Both the position numbers and the translations under genes were made by a program. 64,000 bases of DNA, taken from the NCBI RefSeq assembly GCF_037042905.1, contig NC_087245.1:33234001-33298000 (forward strand). The letters run 5' to 3'. Under the pieces are notes generated by a model. It was not told the DNA's origin. It saw only the letters and a program-made list of their open reading frames with translations, and made no database searches. Below are positions 12,053 through 26,452 of the stretch, piece after piece. This DNA comes from Lytechinus pictus (Eukaryota). Each line of letters starts with the position of its first letter. The first letter of the stretch is position 1.

Positions 12053-13908
12053 TTTGTTTTCTTATCCTTAAAATTCACAAAACAGATAGATCTCTCCACT
12101 AAGCCTGGTTTCAAGAACGTCTACAAAGTCTTGCCGATTAACTATCCAAAACTCTAGACTACTTAAAGCCGCTTATCATGTTGGAAAGTTCAAAGTTCGA
12201 ATAGGGTCATTCAAGGTCAAGTCTCTTCTAAAAACAGACTACGAGCTGTTCATATGTTTCCTTTCATTACAAGCTGTTGCATTTGACGAAAATTAACACA
12301 CGTGTTAACAGGGTGGAGAGTTATATACAAGGATTCATAGGTCAGAAGTACACATAGAAATACAGCTTCCAACAAAAAACAATTTTTACAAAAGGAAAAA
12401 TTGATGCCAAACAGGTACCACTGTGAAATGTACAAACTCTCTCCAAATACACAAATGCTTAGATTAGCGTTGCCAAGGAAGCGATAACCATCTTCCTGCG
12501 ACTGCCAATGCTCTCCAAGTTAGGCGATGGTCGCAAAAGATTGAAAGTGTACACAAAGAGGTGGGGTGAACAGCACAGAACCATAACAAGAGGGATAAAC
12601 AAGAGTTCATGAGCAGTTAAGCGGACAAAGCAGAAGAAAAAGAAACTACAGACAACTACGCAAAAGCCAGCCAGCCCCCTGTTGTATGTACAGTGATGGG
12701 GAAGAGGCGAATGGAACTGACAAGGAGATCTGGATCTGGGTCGTTGCGTTGGGCAGAAATCTTCAGTGGTGGAGAGATGATGATGATGCTGTTGGTGGGG
12801 AGGGGGCGTTGGTAATTAAGGGGCCCTATTTTGGAAGAAGGGGAGGGGGCTGGTCTCAGATGACAGGTGAGTGAAGATGATACAGAAAGGATGGATGGGA
12901 TGTTATCTAGTGTCATCAGATGAGTCATAAGACTGTATCATAGATCAAGATCGCACATGATACCCTTGCTCATCTGAGCCTTTGTCGCTTTGGAATGAAC
13001 ATCTCACACCACTGTACCATGAACTGCCAACTATTCTTAACAAGCACTGAACTCTAAAAATACGATTTGAACAACTAAGCTCATGACTTGGTAGAGAACA
13101 CATTTTATGAATACATTAAATGGCCTGTTCATGTAAGATTATTCGGAATAGATCCAGGACTCTTCACGGCACACCTTTCGGGAGAAAAATAAACAGATTG
13201 CTGGTTATTAGACCTAATTCAAGGGCATTAATTACAGTCATAAAAACTCATAACTTGATAAGGTAACATTTCATTAAAAAATATGGTCTGTGCTTTGGAA
13301 ATAGATTCAGGAATACTTGTGGGTGACTAAAGGTGAGAATAGGGTTGCCGTCATCATAATTCCTACTGATTCAATGGTGGACCCACAGAATGCTTGCTAT
13401 CAAAAGTGTTTGGGAAAGGCCTGGGGAGGGGGCAACAGCATGTTCTATAATGGGAGGGGGAGAAGAAGGGGGTGGTGCACTCTTTCTCCATCTTCCTCCT
13501 TCTCCTTTATGTGATGACCATCATAAGATACATGATAGAGTCCGAAGCTGTCGGACTAGATTCTAATGGAAGGTAGAATCAAGTACATGTCATCCATTGG
13601 TATGTGAAATTAGACCTTAAACTTGTCTCCAACTTCAGTCTGTCTTGGTTCCCAGGAATTGTGAAAGGTCTTCCTTTCTTATGCTACAGCACATATAACT
13701 ACATCAGTATCATATTCACCAAAAAGAAACAAATGAATTGGTAGCTTACTCGGTCAATTTCTTAAGGTACAAATATTACAAATGATTATCTAATTGTGAA
13801 TTAACTTTGGTAGAGCTAGGACCTACTCTTATTTCACCTTCCTTCAACCTATTAGTAAATAAAGTAAACATAAAACATACAAATTCACGTTCAAATCCAA
13901 ATAATAAT

Positions 13909-14010
13909 AATAATATAGGGTATTTATATTGCGCACATATCCACCTTGTTAGATGCTCAAGGCGCTCCTATATTACCCGGCTAAGCTAGGCGTTCATAGC
14001 GCACAAGCTT
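13909..14010 (-). mobile_element. SINE 3'-end fragment
   Basis: (AAT)n tail plus tattacccggct motif, similar to the reverse-complemented 3' ends of the SINEs at 15665 and 31964. Confidence 0.65.
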
Positions 14011-15664
14011 TTTTGTATATAAGTATATAAGTATAAAGTGCCCATCAAGGAGCACAACCTCAAATACTGTGCTTTAATACATGTATGTTGGATTTTCTCC
14101 AACATGAATAAACTTGCTACCAATCACTCCTTCTATTTTTACAACAAAGGGCAATGGCTCACTTGAAGGCTTTTATTTGATCAGTATTTATTCCTCAAAA
14201 TGGCAACATAAGCTACATTTATCCTTTTGAAAACTAGATTTTTGCCAGTTTGCACCTATAGAGGTTAAGTCACTTAGGTGTATGGTATTTTTTTCTCAAT
14301 CTTTCTTCTGATGAATTTTCTAAGATCGTCAACTCTTGGGCGATTCCGTAAAGTAATTAACCTTTTTTGTACATCTGACCCCCATTTTTTTTAAAGTTTT
14401 ACTTCACTTCATAAATTGACTAAGTCATGGTCATTTGACAGCATTACAGACTGTCAAAAGAACCAAAAATCAGAGACAGAAAATTTTATGAAGGTCTCAC
14501 ATATAGGGGGTCGGACATACATATTTTATGAAATTGCCCCCCTGCTTTAATGGTTAGACCACTTTACAGAGTATGGTCGCTGGTAACAAAGGAAAAATAC
14601 CAAGACTACTTATTACATGCAGAATATACACCTGTCCAATGACAGTGATCTTTCTATGTCGAAAGTAAACTTGATACTGGATACCAATGAGAACTCGGCG
14701 CAAGTAAGTCACAGCTCACAGGAATGAAATGTCAATGATACATCCAATGATTCATTCCTTTGAGAACCAGAAGGAACTAAAGCCAACAAAGACAATCACA
14801 TCCTTTGACCTCTGGCGCAAATTGGATTATTGATACCATTGGCAATATCAATAAAGTTGCCATAAGTCAGAAATCACTCAACCTCCCCCAAATACGATGT
14901 AAACTCAGTTCTGTCAACCAGAGTCAACACTCTATATAAACAAAGAAATAGTAGCCTCTCTATTGGTTTCATTGATGATCTAATCCTATACTATGCATTA
15001 TGTGTTTTATGACTTTTTAATCACAAAGGAGTAATTATTCATAACATGTTGTAACCAACTGTGACACAAATCTCCGACACAAGACGGGATCATTGACAAG
15101 AGTTGGAACCTTGGCAACTTTAATCCATTTAACTGTATTGTACTCCATTTAAACTGAAGACTATGGCTTTAATTTTGTAGAAATTTGTGAATTAGACCAA
15201 TAAGATCTCCTAGCTAGTGGCAGTGCATATTTACTGGAGAGCAATATCAATGAGAGTTCACATTATGTGATTCATCTATTGAGTGCAAAAGGGTCTTACC
15301 TTATATCACTGAAAGTGAACTTAATTCCTTGTGCCTCTCATCACAATATAGTCAAAGGTCATATCAATGACTGCACGAATGTCTTATGGGTGAATCAATT
15401 TTGAATAGGGGGGAAAGAACATGACATAGCATTGGTGACAGAAGGGTGTAAGATGCACAATCTATTATTCGATTATCTAACTTAGATCTGAATGTCTTTG
15501 CTGCTGTACCAGTATACATGCATGTGATACCAGGAGCAATCATTAAAACTAAGATGATGGTGTTGTTTCACACCAACATCACATATTTCAAACTGATATT
15601 TCATTCATATTTTGTTTTGTCCCCTGATGTGGTTGTCACCAGACAAAGCTATCCAGTGGTCCTA

Positions 15665-15951
15665 GTGGGCGCGTCGTGGTCTCGTGGTTCTGACTCTCGC
15701 CTTTCAAACAGAGGGTCGTGGGTTTGAATCCTAACCATGGCGTGTTTTCTTTCAGCAAGAAATTTATCCTCACTGTGCTGCACTTGACCCAGGTGAGGTG
15801 AATGGGTACCCGGCAGGATTAATTCCTTGCATGCACTGAGTGCCGGTGATGGTAGTTCAAGCTAAAGCCGGGGTAATAATAGCAGTGCTTTGTATCCTCA
15901 GGCAAAAGGCGCTTTATAAATACAGCTATGATTATTATTATTATTATTATT
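15665..15951 (+). mobile_element. tRNA-derived SINE, near full length
   Basis: Head tggtctcgtggtt...gggtttgaatcc (A/B boxes), core gcacttgacccaggtgaggtgaatgggtacc, (ATT)n tail; homologous copies elsewhere in the window. Confidence 0.9.
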
Positions 15952-18509
15952 TAACGTTCTATCAAATGCCTCTCTTGCAAATACACGTACCTATAATTAT
16001 TGCCACACTCAACCAGGTGAGGCAGGTGAGGTCTATGGGTACACCATGCTAAAGCTGTCACTTTTCACAATGACACTTGTAGTGTCATTGTAGTGTCAAC
16101 ACTTGGAGTGTCAACATTTATAACTTGCTAAATCAAAAGCAATAAAGATTGATTTCAGTACAGGACTAATGGAAGTGTGCAAAGTTCTAAGCTTTTTTAG
16201 ATAGTGCTCAACATCTTAGTATACAAATTTTAATTGTTAACTTGACTGCGATTACCTGAAACATATTTAGGAGGCATCACTAGATTTTTTCACTAAATTG
16301 CGATCAATTGCAAGTCAAGTTATGGTAGGAAATCAATCTCAGATCTTGAAATTGATTGTAAATTTACAAATTATTTATGATCTCCTTCTCAAAACAGAGG
16401 ATAATAATTGATTTGCCATGCTAAAAAAAATTGATGTATCAAGTGCAAGTTTGTAATTGATATTTGGAACTGATGGGACCGTAAGCTTCTTGTGAAACCC
16501 CCTCAGATGTTTGCAATATCCGTCCGTCTGGACCCAAGGTTGATGACACAGGCAACTGTCTAAACCGGTTGTCCATGACAACATAACTGGTCCGATTCCT
16601 GAGTAAATTTCATTACTGTCTGCTCCATTAAAACCCTAGGTCAAGGATGGTTACGGTAGATGATATGTCGGGGGAGAGGAGGTTATTTCTGATCGAGTTT
16701 GATTGTTGGATATGATGAAAATGGCCTCTGGAGCAGAAACTGCGCAAGTACAGAATTACAGAGATAAATGTCAGGGTAATTCATACAAAATAACTCAGAG
16801 TGCAATCACATAACGTAGTGAAAGGAGAATGGTGGAGCTAATTGGCCATCCCTTTGAAAGTACAGACTTATCCTATTTTCCATTAATAAATGCATATTGT
16901 TTAGAAGAAGAAATGGAAAGTTGAGTAGGAAAGATGATTTATTGCATAATTCAACACGAAAAATCTATGAATCCAGTTTGATTCACAATGAAACCTTTTT
17001 TGAAATAAGAAAAAATGCTTGACATAACTGACTGACCTACATACACAGCTACTGTAGCAGCATCAAAATTGCAAGGAGATTATCAGGTAAATTCATACTA
17101 AAGGGCAAAGAATACACTTCTAACATAGAGTAAAAATGCACTTGAGCTATATTTACACCAGTCCAAATTCACTGACAAAGACCTTGAAAGAAATACTGCA
17201 TAGATACAGGTTTAGAAGATAAATGTCAGGTGTACTTTGTTTAAAATGGCATCGAATGCTACAATAACAAGGGATATTGGTCAAGCTTCATCTGTTACGG
17301 TTGGAAAACTGAGCTCGGCAGACCCTGAGACCAAATAAGTATAGAGTTATGAGCTAAATGTCAGAAGTTATTTGAAAAAAAAAGTAAAAATATCATAATA
17401 CAAGGCTCATGACAGATAGGTCTATCCAAAAACCTTACAAAATCAATGTGCATGATACGTTTACACATATAAAATTTGAATATTATAATATATTAGCATA
17501 ACCAGTGAATTAATAGAAAATGGCTCCAATGGCACTCAATTTGATATTTTCCTCATAGAACAGCCCTTGTTTAATTGAAACTCTCAGTTAAAAAAAAAAG
17601 TTCTGTCATAACCAGACAGGCATTTAATCAGTGTAAAAGTAATCTGCATTCCTAGCAACAGATGTGAAATGCGGCATCATAGATAGTGCCTCTTTTTTCC
17701 ATTTTACGATGATGGTACGCTGGCTTGGTATAATACCAGCTACTCATCAAGTCTGAGGGCCTTTCCAATAATGACTTTTACTGGAACAGAGGCTTGAACA
17801 TATGAGCAACTGACAGATAAGGGGGAGCGTTTCAGGAGGATATTGGTCAGTGATATACAATGGAAAACTGTTACAAGTTACCAAAATCCTCACATATGAT
17901 TGGCTAAGAGAAAATTGGTCTATGAAAATTAATTAAAAGAAGATTTATAAAAAACTTCCATGATCAATAAGAGAGGCACAGGTTATCTTGATTTGGTGCA
18001 TGAAATCTCCCCTAGATGTGAAGTGGAATAGTCGAGGTGATTACTGTCTACTGTAGATATTAACTTACTGGGGACAACTCCATTGTCTTCTTGCGGGGGG
18101 ATAGCTGAAGGAGGGACTTGTTAATTGAAAAATATGTTTAACATTGCAAAAGTAGTTAGTATCTCCGCCAGTGGTTAGTACGCGTTTATGTATTCACACT
18201 TAACTTTCAAAGGCTAGAGGACTGTGTTTGAATTGCAGTTATGCAGATCAAAAACATGGTGCAACAATGTTCTGTACATGCTTCTACAGATTCAAGAGAG
18301 TTCCAGTATACCTGACAGTCACAATATTCATGGAAAGCACATAGAAATTACAATTGTATGTTATATTTGTTTTATTTTTTTCTTCTTAAAATTGCAATTA
18401 GCCAAAGTACCTGCTCCTGCTGCCCACCGTCTTTCTTCTCTCTTTCTACTTAGCGTACACTGAACTCCTCTGTCCCTCCTGTCTTCTCCCCCTCACCCCT
18501 CTCTCTATC

Positions 18510-18893
18510 TAATATTGTAAAACAAAATATTTTCTCACACGATCCATCAGTTACGTTTTTGTAAAGCGCACAAAAATTGTTTGTATTTATTTTTAAACAA
18601 AATTTCTATATATTATTACGACCCAATATTTCTTTATTTTAATTTTGTAATGAAACTAAGTTAGGGGCTTGCCTTTTTTACAAGCTTTGATTTTTTTGGC
18701 AAGACCCTCCATTTTACTTTTAAATACAAATGTCATCTGATATAACTTTATTTATTGAATTGTGTCCCTTAAATCTATGATTATGTCATATATATATATA
18801 TTTATTGTGTCTTGTAGTATTTTCAACCTTGTTATGTTATGTTTATCATATTATGTACAATTGTGAAACGGAAATCAATAAATCAAATCAAAT
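18510..18893 (+). mobile_element. Probable LINE 3'-end (3'UTR) remnant
   Basis: Stem-loop ggggcttgcc...ggcaagaccc followed by aataaa and a (aaatc)n tail. Confidence 0.45.
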
Positions 18894-19823
18894 ATTATCC
18901 CCAATTTGTATGTCATATAAATACAAAAAACTAAGAGGTTGTTGCATCATGATTCCCCATGAGGTATTTACTGAGAAATCTGGTTTAAATAATTCAAGAT
19001 CAAAATCACGACTAAGGTGTTCTGTAAGTGTGGAAGGGCACAACCATGTTATGACCTGAAGGCATGTTAATGCACTCCAGAATATTGCATGTAAACGCAA
19101 CACTAGCTCAGATGGTTGATAAATACCAGTCCAATGGCTCCCTGCACCCCTAAACACCAGTGGTAAATTCCTAAGATGACTAACGGGAATGAACTCTGCG
19201 ACCTCATCAATCATAGAAATAGGGGTGTATATGCGCAAGACTTAATACTCAATTAAAATAAGTCAACCCCCTTCCCTTGATTTGAGTGGTACAGCCCAAT
19301 ATTTTCTAACCAGTTTCACTACAAGAGCTAAAGGGGTGCAAGTGACAAACATAATATTTCCTATAAAAAAGAGCACTTACACCGACATCTCATCAACACA
19401 ATAATAGCTTGTCTAACATAGTGCCTATCAGGTTTTGAGTTCATGCATACGTTTTGGCCAAGAAGAAAAGTACACTGAGATTTCAAATTTGGATTTAATT
19501 GATATATGAATACCCTAGAAGCAGGGTTTTAAAGATGTTTAGTTCAAGCCTTGGTTGCAATAAAGCAACTTTGTTGCTCTTAAGAATAAACATGATAATC
19601 ATGATAACTGGTGAATAAATGTCTTTCAAAATGCAAACGTGGAGTGCTGAAAAGGCGTGTTTTGAGATGGAACTGTGGAAATTTTACTATTCAAAATCAA
19701 TTAAATGAAACAGGCTGCCCTCCTTGGTCAAACTCATGTAATGCACAGTGGATGTGTTTTAAAAGAAATAGAAACAGTGTTGTTGAAAAATATAAAACTA
19801 ATACTACTGTGCATTACAAAATT

Positions 19824-20091
19824 ATAATAATAATAATAGTCAGTTCTTGTATAGTGCATAACACATTATGAATAACGTCTCTATGCGCTTCAAAAGGACT
19901 TGGATATTATTACCCCGGCTGTAGCTCAAGCAGCCTTCAAGCGCTCTGTGCCCATTCACCTCACCTGGGTTGAGTGCAGCACAACGTGGATAAACTTCTT
20001 GCTGAAGGAAACTACGCCATGGCTGGGATTTGAACCAACAACCCTCTGTTTCAAAGTCCAGAGACTAATCCACTGGGCCACAACGCTCCAC
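19824..20091 (-). mobile_element. tRNA-derived SINE (same family as 15665 and 31964), internally deleted
   Basis: Reverse complement of head and core (cccattcacctcacctgggttgagtgcagcaca; gggatttgaacc); (AAT)n tail. Confidence 0.9.
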
Positions 20092-20623
20092 GGATGCGGA
20101 TTGGATGTGTGGATCCAAATTTATGATTTCTAACTTACGAAAGTCAATTGGACACTTCCTAAGTATGAAAATATCAATAGCTCAAATCTGGCTGATTATC
20201 ACTTGCATCCTTTTGCTATCGAAAAGGGGAGAAACCGCCATTAGTACACTTCAATAGACTGATGCACAGCTCCAAGAGGTGTTGGTTGCTGCATCTAAAG
20301 TAGATCAATTACTGATTACTGGAATGACACCCCCTGCTAACAATGGTCTGTTCCTTGAATGAAATGAACCAAGTGACAAGTTGGTCTCTTCCATTATAAC
20401 AAATAGGTAACACTGCTGAAAAGATTTGTAAGAAAATTAGAGTTAGATAGGGCATACAAGGAGAACCCCCCCCCCCCATGCACGCACACACACACCCTCA
20501 CACAAATATTCAGGTCAAACTAGCTTTTCTAATAATACATATGCAAAAAAATACGCTTTGAGGTTGGACATCTGTGTTTTCATCTACATAAATCATGCAA
20601 AAAAAGCCACAAACATGTTATCC

Positions 20624-20755
20624 AGGGTCCTGTAACACAAAGGTTAGCGATTAATTGTACGCTTGATTTTTATGATTGATTGTACATTATAGTCAATGGA
20701 ATCCATCGTAGAAAAATGTTCTACGATCATTGCTCAGCTTTGTGATACATGCCTT
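20624..20755. mobile_element. Small MITE
   Basis: Imperfect TIRs gggtcctgtaacacaaag / ctttgtgatacatgcc. Confidence 0.55.
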
Positions 20756-23079
20756 ATTTCATTATAACTATATCCATTGTACTATTCTTTACCATAAATG
20801 CACACTTTTTTCAATACAGAAGCATCATGTACTTTGATTTATTCAGAGTTTAGAATAAATGCATAAATATGTACTTCTATCAAGTCCCATACGACACGCA
20901 ACATTTTGACCTCTAATTCACCTATGAACGACAATTTCATGTTGGTTGTCAGTTTTTGCATGTCTACCGAGAAGTACTTTAATATTACCACAAAACAAAT
21001 TGAAGTTCTTCATTCGTCTGGACAGCAGGTTGAAAAATATTGTGAAAATGGCTGATTTTTTTTTAGCATGGAATCGCCCATTACATATCTTCATTAATAT
21101 CTTCCTCTTAATGTCTACATCTCCCTCCCTTAATAACTTACTTTTGATTTTTCTCCCCTTTCCGGCTTCCAATCTTTGTACGATGTTTGAATATTTGGGA
21201 ACATGGGGGCTATCTTAGTGGAGATATAAATTTTAAGTTTGGAAATCAAACAATGATTTCATTTCTGGATAGTGCTAGACTAAAAGATTTTTTTAAAAAA
21301 ATTTTGCTGAAGGGAGTGGGGGCTCCCAGGGGCTTGAAAATTTGTAATATTAATCATTTTCAATACAAGGAAAATGGTCTACTGTAGGCAACAAGAGGGT
21401 CTGTACTACCAACCCCAAGCCTGGTGATGAATTACTTGATATTCATATGCCAGGGGGTTTTAACCCCCCCCCCCCTCAACATGGTGATCATTGAAGAGAT
21501 ATTATTCATCTTTTCGGAGCTTTACAGGAAAATCAGACAATCAAAACAAGGTATACCTTTTTTCTATAACTGTACCTCAACACAAGGTAATGTACATTAA
21601 TGAGAATAAAAAGAATGTTTTGTAGTATTATAGAGATAGAGACAAATGTTTATGTCCTTTCAATATTTCCAGTAACTTGAGTAAACTCAACATGGAGCAC
21701 ATCAATGAGAATGAAAATTCTTCTGTTCTATCATGAAAGCAAGTTGGACAAAATGTAAACATGTCTCCCCGTCTCTTGCATACCCCAACATAGATTAAGA
21801 ACATTAACGAAAATTAAAATTCTTTGGTACTATTATGACACCAATTTGGGCAAATTGCTCCCACATCACTTGCGTACCTCAACATGACGTACATTAATGA
21901 GAACACTCATCCTATGGTGCTATATGATTGATAATGACAAGGCTGGTGTCTGGTATGGCAAACAAGGGATGCAAGGTTGATTCGCAAGGAGTGCACAAGG
22001 AGAGGAGAGATATTCCGAGCTCACAAGGTGTCTTGGCTTGGGAGGGGGGGATCTTCGAGCAGGGTGAGGAATGTACTTTAAAGGTAAACCTGTCAATTCT
22101 AAAACTGATTGTAAGAGTTGTAAAAAACTTAAAATACAATATAGTATAATGATGAATTGCACTTGTTCATCAGCATTTATTTTTTTATTCTTATCCCTTA
22201 TGTTCTAGACTTTTTCCCTCCTGTGTAACTCTGAAGCTCCAAAAGTTTTTGTTGATAATAAGCAATACATTTCTGGAATTTGTTTGTAAAAAAAACTGTT
22301 TTCCATAACAATGACTTACAAAAATGAAGTGTCCAAAAGTTGCATACTAAAATTGGTATCCACTACAAGAAATGTTTTGAACGGGGACCAATCCTATTTT
22401 TCCTGAGCAAACCAGCTACAAACTGCTTAAAGAAAGTCCAAGAAACTACAATGCAAATCCTTACAAAGAGAGAAATGTGGGACTGTACTGAATGGTAAAT
22501 AAATAGAATCTATTCAATGCAACTCCCAGACTAAATCACCATACTCTTTCCAAAGAAACGCAGGTTAATAATCTCGTAAAATGACACTTTTTGAGACATG
22601 GTCAGCATGGGTGTTGGACACAAAAACAAGAATTCAAAGAATGTCTCAAGTAGCGTCAACTGATAATTCCTGAATTTAAAGAATTCTAGCCAGATGCTTG
22701 CGACGATTATGATTGTGTTCTTGTACAGAGTGTAATACCTTCTTTACGGAACAACGTGAAATTGTGCATAAGAAATATTTATAAAGTTTTTTGGAGGCTT
22801 TAGAGTTGTCAAAGATTCTGTATTCATAAAAAGTGGTCAAATGTTTTTAATTATGAATATATAAATGTATCATTAAAAATTTATTTCTAAATTCCAATTG
22901 AACAAATAAGTTAACTTCCTTTCCTAAGTGAAGTCAATGAATATTCTGCCCTTTTGTAATGATGTGCCTCTACAGGCCTACTCTAGTCCATCGCAAAGCA
23001 TTCTGGCTGACACCTTTTCATGTAGGCCCTCATAAAAATACTGATATAGTCTGGATTTTCAGATTTGCACATTAACTTA

Positions 23080-23406
23080 TACCCCTTTCACAAACCCAAT
23101 TATGTGGATAATATCCGCATAATTTGGTTGTAAAATCGGAGCGGGACCAGATTTTGGCTTTGTGAACGCATTTCCAAAGTAATGCGGATAATTGCCATGG
23201 TGCGGTCACAAAAGGTCACCCTTTTCCAACACAACCCCATCGGAGGGGGCGTGTGCAGTTGCCAAGACAATTATCTGCCTTTTTCAGGTCTGGCACTCGT
23301 AAAAAAATGGTGCGGATCATTTTCGGAGTTTGTGAATGCAATTTTTATTGAATTATCCGCATTACTCTTAGGCGGATAATTGGAGTATGGGTTTGTGAAA
23401 GGGGTA
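23080..23406. mobile_element. MITE with 19-bp TIR TACCCCTTTCACAAACCCA and 3-bp TSD TTA (PIF/Harbinger-like)
   Basis: Perfect TIR pair; TTA at 23077-23079 and 23407-23409; internal gcggataat/attatccgc motifs. Confidence 0.9.
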
Positions 23407-24550
23407 TTAGTGACATCATATCAAGACACTGAAAATGGGTCACATCCTCTCCCTTGTTCACTATAAAAGTTTGAAAAAAGGTAAAAACCATGATTCTCGT
23501 GTCACCTCAAAGAAGGGATGATGGGCCCTCACGTCCACAGGTTTTTACATATGTGACATCATGACAAGCTGTATTCTTGTGACCATGTGCAATGAGATAA
23601 ACCATATACACCGAGTATCCTTGTATCTGCACAGGAATGTCATTTTCTGCATTTCTTATCATGGAATATCATATCATCTGCTAATGGAAGTATGAAACTA
23701 TGAAAGTATAGAATTAATCTTTTACAAAAATATGGGTTTTGTATTTCTCTATAAGTTCTTTACTCTGTAAAATGTATCAATGCTTATTTTTTCTTTCATT
23801 TCTTGTGAAATCCAGTCATTATCTCTGTAGGGTTTCTCAAATAACCTCATAGGACTTCTTGCCCCTTTTATGTTTGTTGGTCAATTGTATTCTTTTTCCT
23901 CCAATAGTCAGGTTAGGTACTGTAATATGGGATTAACAATCATTAAAATTCCTGTGCCTACAGTGTCAAGAGAGAACCAGTATTTTTATGTCACAAAAGA
24001 AAAATGAAATATTTCAATCTTTCTTGTTTTATTCTGTGGGCATGATCCTCACATTAGAAAGTAAAATTTTAGTTCAGGGTAGATCCAAAATTAGGTTACA
24101 AATGTTTCCTTTACAGAATTAGAAATTCACCCTTTTGATTTAGCAATGTCATCTAATTTTGAGTATGCCACTAACAATATGTTTTAGAATGTCAGAAGTA
24201 TACACCTACAAGAGTAATTCCCAAAATGTATAAGAAATATATACAGGAATGTGTCCACTTAGGATGAAATAAATAAACTGCAACATAACGTCCAAACATC
24301 CATACTACCTACCTCACAAGCAATCATAATTAGGCCTAAATATAAAAAATAAAACATCATCCTCCATTCATGTATTCTAACATTTCAGTGTCTTATTTCC
24401 ATAAAAATAAAGATAAACCATGCAATTAAAACATGATTATACATAATAACTTGGCCCTATGTGGTTACTTAAGATGCACTTTAAGTAACCTTTCTAAAAA
24501 AATCATGGAAACTCGTACAACATTATTTCTGAGCATATAGGATCGCTATA

Positions 24551-25516
24551 CAGTGCGTATAAAAAAAAAGTTTACACTTTGAAAGAGCCCTGGGAATAAA
24601 AAAATATACAACATGTGGATATTTTTATCACTTATAATCTTGGGTGTGGGTCTCATCTATCCAATGGAAGTAAAAGTTATGACAGAATGTTACACTTGAG
24701 CGAGTACTGTCCATCTTTGGAAAGCTCGCAGAAATCTGTTTGCGCAGAAATGCTCGTTTTCACGCTGTGTCAAGGGGAAAGGGCGAAATCAAACTTACCC
24801 TGCGAAACATTTCTCATACATTTCCCTTGCAATTTTAGTCAATTGAAATAAAACGGATACATTCAAGCATTTTGTAACAATTTTGCCACCAAAATTGAAA
24901 TTTTAACATTTAGTAAGCACAATCTTTACCTTTTTTGTGCCAGCTGGATATGAGGACATAACTGAATCTGAAAAAAAGTTTATATCAGACATCTCCATCA
25001 TTTTTTCACTAAGTTTTTATCATTTAAAGTGGGTTTACATTTCATTTTCATTTAATACTTGTTTCTCGACACTTTTCCCAAGCTTTGACAATGATTAACT
25101 AAATGAAAATCAAGCCTAAGCTCAGTGTAAAGCAAAAACGTATCGATGGCCTCGGTGTGTGGGGGAGTGGGGTGGGGAGCAATGCACTCTTCGAAGTGTT
25201 TTGGGCAAGGAAACATGTTTTAAAAGGTAAAAGATATCTTCAAATCAATGTTACTAGCTAAATTCCATGTGTTCTTCATGATAAAGGTCTACTTTTATTT
25301 GCACAACTATTTCAAAGTTCTGCGCAAATCATTTTTCACTAACTTTTCAAAAGTAAGTGGTGCTCACTCAAGCGGAAATATTTTTCGACAGTTATTTCAT
25401 CATTTGCTTAAATGGATCTGTACCAATGTTAAAATGTGGAAAAAACTTCAGGATATTACAAATGTGTAATTTTACAGGATTTTTTCAAAGTGTAAACTTT
25501 TTTTTGATACGCACTG
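24551..25516. mobile_element. Non-autonomous Tc1/mariner-type element, TA TSD
   Basis: TA|cagtgcgtataaaaaaaaagtttacactttgaaa ... tttcaaagtgtaaactttttttgatacgcactg|TA; no transposase ORF. Confidence 0.9.
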
Positions 25517-26452
25517 TATATTACCATGGACCTATAGTTCCATGATATTACCAAGGATTTCCGAGCACAGCAATGCCCTTTTACCAGTCAACAATACTAT
25601 GATTCAATAACCTACGATGCAAAACAAAAGATTATTTTGGATTCTCATTCACGTCCCTTTTATAGTTTGCACGTTTTTCTGAAGCCTGATGATTTCTTGC
25701 ATGAACAGATTGATTGCCGACTCAAGTTGCCCTTCAAATCGGCTAATAACATGCCTGACCTGGTTGAATGAATATCTCCAATAATATTTCACTCCACAAC
25801 TGCCAAACTTGAAACAGGATATTGCAAATTTATTATCCTTAATTACTCCTTTTATTTGTTGACTATTTCAAGATATTACGGCTTTATTTGTTAAATATTC
25901 CAAGATGATACATGAATGCGATTATTAGGTGAACCCTAATGTCCGTTTCTGCTTTGCGTAGGCTAAAATGATTGCAGTCACGCTTGTTGGAAGGAAATTA
26001 GGACATTGTTTGAAGATGGAAGTCAAGTGGGAGGAAGAATGGCTTATATTCAAGGAAATGATAGTGGCGCTCAATAAACGATTTATGTTGTATTGTTACC
26101 TATAAATCAACAAGTTTGCACTCTGCAAGCTCAGCATCAATTGAAAATTTTGATTTCTTGGTATAGGTATTTCTCCTTTTTTGGTTTCTCTCATGATTTT
26201 TTAAAAAATCCCATGACTTTTTTTCTCTCTACCTCTCCCTGTTTTTCTAAATTTTATATTTCCTTCTTTTTCTCCAAACACACATGTTGTTGCCAGATTG
26301 CTCCTAATGTAGTGAAATGTCTCCCATGAGAAATAAATGGAATGTATAATTCATTCCATCTGCTTGGCGCAAGAAGGACATTATCTTGGTCCAAAATCAT
26401 ATGACTTAATGCTGTTCTGGCTCGAAACACATTTCATTGCTCTGACCTCTAA

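Noticed and set aside
20380..20420. VLPIC as the exon completing the C1 domain
   Set aside because: Spacing fits V-x3-C, but no AG precedes the Val codon in phase 0
21912..22162. GC-richer patch with overlapping ORFs and an acceptor-like site
   Set aside because: Phase-0 frame stops at once, no recognisable domain, no convincing donor
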